Notes under the pieces: model-generated
Told to the model about the DNA's origin: nothing
Database searches by the model: none
What the model saw: only the letters and a program-made list of their open reading frames with translations
In this document: in pieces, positions 33,535 through 36,076 of the stretch
Layout of the letters: every line of letters begins with the position of its first letter
How positions within the stretch are numbered: the stretch's first letter is position 1
Assembly: GCF_001194135.2 (NCBI RefSeq)
Contig: NC_068984.1
Span: 143,425,572-143,461,647 of the forward strand
Length of the DNA: 36,076 bases
Direction: 5' to 3'
Source: Octopus bimaculoides
Lineage: Eukaryota
Program-made: the position numbers and the translations under genes

Positions 33535-33756
33535 AGCGGGGTGGGGCGAAAGTTTCCTGGCTTTGTGGGTGTCGTGAAAGGCCTGGTTGGAGGCCAAACC
33601 TTCCGAGGTCTTTCGCAGGGATTAGAAAAACTGAAGGGCCGCTGCAATAAGTGTGTGGATCTGAGAGGGGAAATATGTTGAATAAAGTCATAATTAACTG
33701 ATCTTCCTGGATTTTCTTTTACTCGAAGCCAGGAACTTTTCAGCACCCCTCAGGTA
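33535..33756 (+). mobile_element. Mariner-derived MITE retaining the transposase C-terminus
   Basis: TIR cores gaaagtttcctggctt and aagccaggaacttttc, with TA at both ends. Internal frames give KAWLEAKPSEVF / QGLEKLKGRCNKCVDLRGE / YVE*. Confidence 0.85.
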
Positions 33757-34071
33757 CATATATAAACACATATACAAATATATACATACATATAGTTTTA
33801 AATATACATTGTTGTTCATCTCAGTCATCAGAATTCAGCAACGCTAAGGCATCGTCTTAAACGGCTTTAGTCGTTCATATGAATCTCAGTATTTATTTTC
33901 TCGATTGATAGTTATCGCACCGCTAAGTTACGGATGATAAACACAGACTTATTCCTGAAACAGTATGAAACGTGTAGTCAAGCATAGAGACATACATGCG
34001 AAAACAATGCGGAGTAAACGCAAACATATAAATAAGCGTGAATATACATATATATGTATGTATATGTATAT

Positions 34072-34493
34072 ATATTAATAGTTATCACCAAGCCAACATG
34101 GTAGTCCAAAAAAATAGGACGAATACTGCCGTTGATTAGCTCCAAGAGGCCATCGCCTCTAGCTAGCTATGTGACACACGAACCTGTGTCCATTATAACC
34201 TTCGAATAGGGGAGGTCAGCCGCTTCCTCTTGCTGGTCTGGCATCTAGACTAGTTTCAGGGTGTTTGCCCCTTACCAATGTAGAGCAGCCGAACCCAGCA
34301 GGCGTCGCTACTAACCGCCTGTACGAAGGATTACATTCAGTGGAATACATCCACTGGTTTTCAAAAAATAGAAATATGAATATTTCTAAGTCTCTCTAAA
34401 GGAGACTACGGCAGCGGTACTGGATATTAATAGTTATCGCCAAGCCAACATGGCAGTCCCAAAAAAATTAGACGAATGCTGCCTTTGATTAGC
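34072..34493 (+). repeat. Hairpin-rich 352-bp unit bounded by about 70-bp diverged direct repeats (unclassified; possibly retroelement- or ribozyme-derived)
   Basis: 34072-34140 is repeated at 34424-34493 with about 6 differences. At least 8 local stem-loops lie in the unit. Confidence 0.75.
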
Positions 34494-34683
34494 ATATATA
34501 TATATGATNNNNNNNNNNNNNNNNNNNNNNNNNNNNNNNNNNNNNNNNNNNNNNNNNNNNNNNNNNNNNNNNNNNNNNNNNNNNNNNNNNNNNNNNNNNN
34601 NNNNNNNNNNNNNNNNNNNNNNNNNNNNNNNNNNNNNNNNNNNNNNNNNNNNNNNNNNNNNNNNNNNNNNNNNNNNNNNNNNN

Positions 34684-34717
<34 letters not shown>

Positions 34718-34719
34718 TC

Positions 34720-35345
34720 ATGTTGGACCGTTGAACTCTGCACATATTTTTCTCACTAGTTCTCCCTCTAGGCTAGATTCCTCTATCAGTATTTCTTTGC
34801 TAAACATTATCGACTCTAATTTTAAAAAAAAAGCCCTTTACGGGACTGGTCACCATCACTTGTTAACTATTTACTCCATCATCTCCCGATGCAAGTACTT
34901 TCCTAATCCAGTCTGTGTAAGCTTAGCGAACTGGGAACAACGCATTCTGCTTCTACGTTGACCGTACAGATTACAAAGTTGTTATCTGTGTCGTTGACCA
35001 CTTTAAAGTGTGGACAACTTATGCTATCCCTTTCTGCCATCTTAGAAAATACTCCATCAAGATTCGATCAGGATGATCCGCTGCCGTTTGTTCATATCTA
35101 CATTAGCGCATTCGGAAAATTCATTTCGGTACCTGTTTGATAGAAACGACTGAACAGGTTTGCGCCCCACCAAACAGTTAGCTCCACACAAATGCAGAGA
35201 CGCGTGCAAGATGACATTGCAGTCGCCCATCAGTACGAAGAACGGGATGTTCCTAGGGAAAACTTACGACGCCGGAAGTAATCAAACTGTATCTCTACAG
35301 TTGTGGTATACAACCAATTCACCGTCTGGATTTGTGAAGATTAAG
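34720..35345 (-). mobile_element. L1/Tx1-clade LINE ORF2 remnant (APE endonuclease and the region after it), disrupted
   Basis: Minus frames: IFTNPDGELVV / QFDYFRRRKFSLGTSR / FVLMGDCNVIL / NFPNALM*I*TNGSGSS*SNLDGVF...RDSISCPHFKVVNDTDNNFVICT / KLESIMFSKEILIEESSLEGELVRK. These are L1/Tx1 APE motifs (GDxN, S-x-LD, TDH-like) in the correct order. Confidence 0.85.
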
Positions 35346-35493
35346 TGCATATTGAGAAAGAAAGTAATAGAGAGAGAAAGAAATTACAGCAGCATTAGTC
35401 CTAAACCAGGACTTTCATGTTATGTTGGCAAACAATCTTTACTACAATACAGAATTTGTTTTGTCTTGCGAGAGACATTATACCAGTAATAGT

Positions 35494-35498
<5 letters not shown>

Positions 35499-35553
<55 letters not shown>

Positions 35554-36037
35554 GTTCAGTTCCACAATGACTCTTCTAAGACACAACAAAATTTGTTTCA
35601 ACGAAATAACATCAAGAATCTTACAAACCTATTAGAAAAACGAAATATAGAACTGATTCTTGACCAATTTTGTTTCATATTTTGTCTGTAAATCGATAAA
35701 GATGAGTCGACAACAAAATTATCGATAATATAGAATCCTTCAACAAACAGAGAATTCAAAAATTACCAGAATTCAAAATCCAATTTCAGTATATTTTTAG
35801 GTTTTATAAATCGAAGAATTTAACACAATGAAGAGCACGTGTTTCCTGTCTTTACTACTAACTAAGGATTATTTTGGAAGAAAGAACTCAATTGGTAAAT
35901 GACGAATTATATGTTTTTTGCCATTAAACATACACGCATATACGCAGACATTCATATACATACATAGATGCATAAACATATATATACATAATATATATAT
36001 ATACATCAATACACACACATATATAAATATGTACATT

Positions 36038-36076
<39 letters not shown>
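35499..36076. repeat. (CA)n at 35499-35550 and an AT/AC-rich microsatellite field at the window end
   Basis: Directly visible; the stretch between them is AT-rich unique sequence. Confidence 0.85.

Noticed and set aside
34870-35280. Serine-protease-like AYTDWIRKVL (minus), integrase-like VVDHFKVW (plus) and a RRVQDD...LRRRK* tail (plus)
   Set aside because: Short chance resemblances in alternative frames of the Tx1 remnant; the other motifs of those families are absent.
35268-35325. 58-nt minus-strand exon with a strong pyrimidine tract, CAG acceptor and GTAAGT donor
   Set aside because: The sequence is explained by contiguous Tx1 APE motifs on both sides. Exonisation cannot be excluded without RNA data.

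Overview
A gapped (15 N-runs), AT-rich, microsatellite-dense eukaryotic genomic window. I infer an octopus or other coleoid cephalopod from the SINE sequences and repeat composition; this was not database-verified. No intact protein-coding gene, rRNA, tRNA or CRISPR array is supported, and most ORFs in the track are translations of microsatellites or N-gaps. Most non-microsatellite sequence is transposon debris: (1) about 30 copies of tRNA-headed SINEs in three modular families; (2) LINE ORF2 remnants (RTE, CR1-like, L1/Tx1), all on the minus strand; (3) two mariner-derived non-autonomous elements, one a fold-back of two transposase 3' ends; (4) a hAT MITE; (5) Penelope-like terminal relics. 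The best leads are RNA-structural. One is a 352-bp-period, hairpin-packed unit at 34072-34493 whose repeated end partly resembles an HDV-like ribozyme. Others are degenerate minimal hammerhead motifs with covarying stems (9031-9065 and 15850-15885) and a pre-miRNA-like hairpin with a perfect 18-bp core (31746-31811). A repeat-poor island at about 19.7-21.8 kb holds a 44-bp minisatellite and weak candidate exons. All ribozyme, miRNA and exon calls are hypotheses made by eye.
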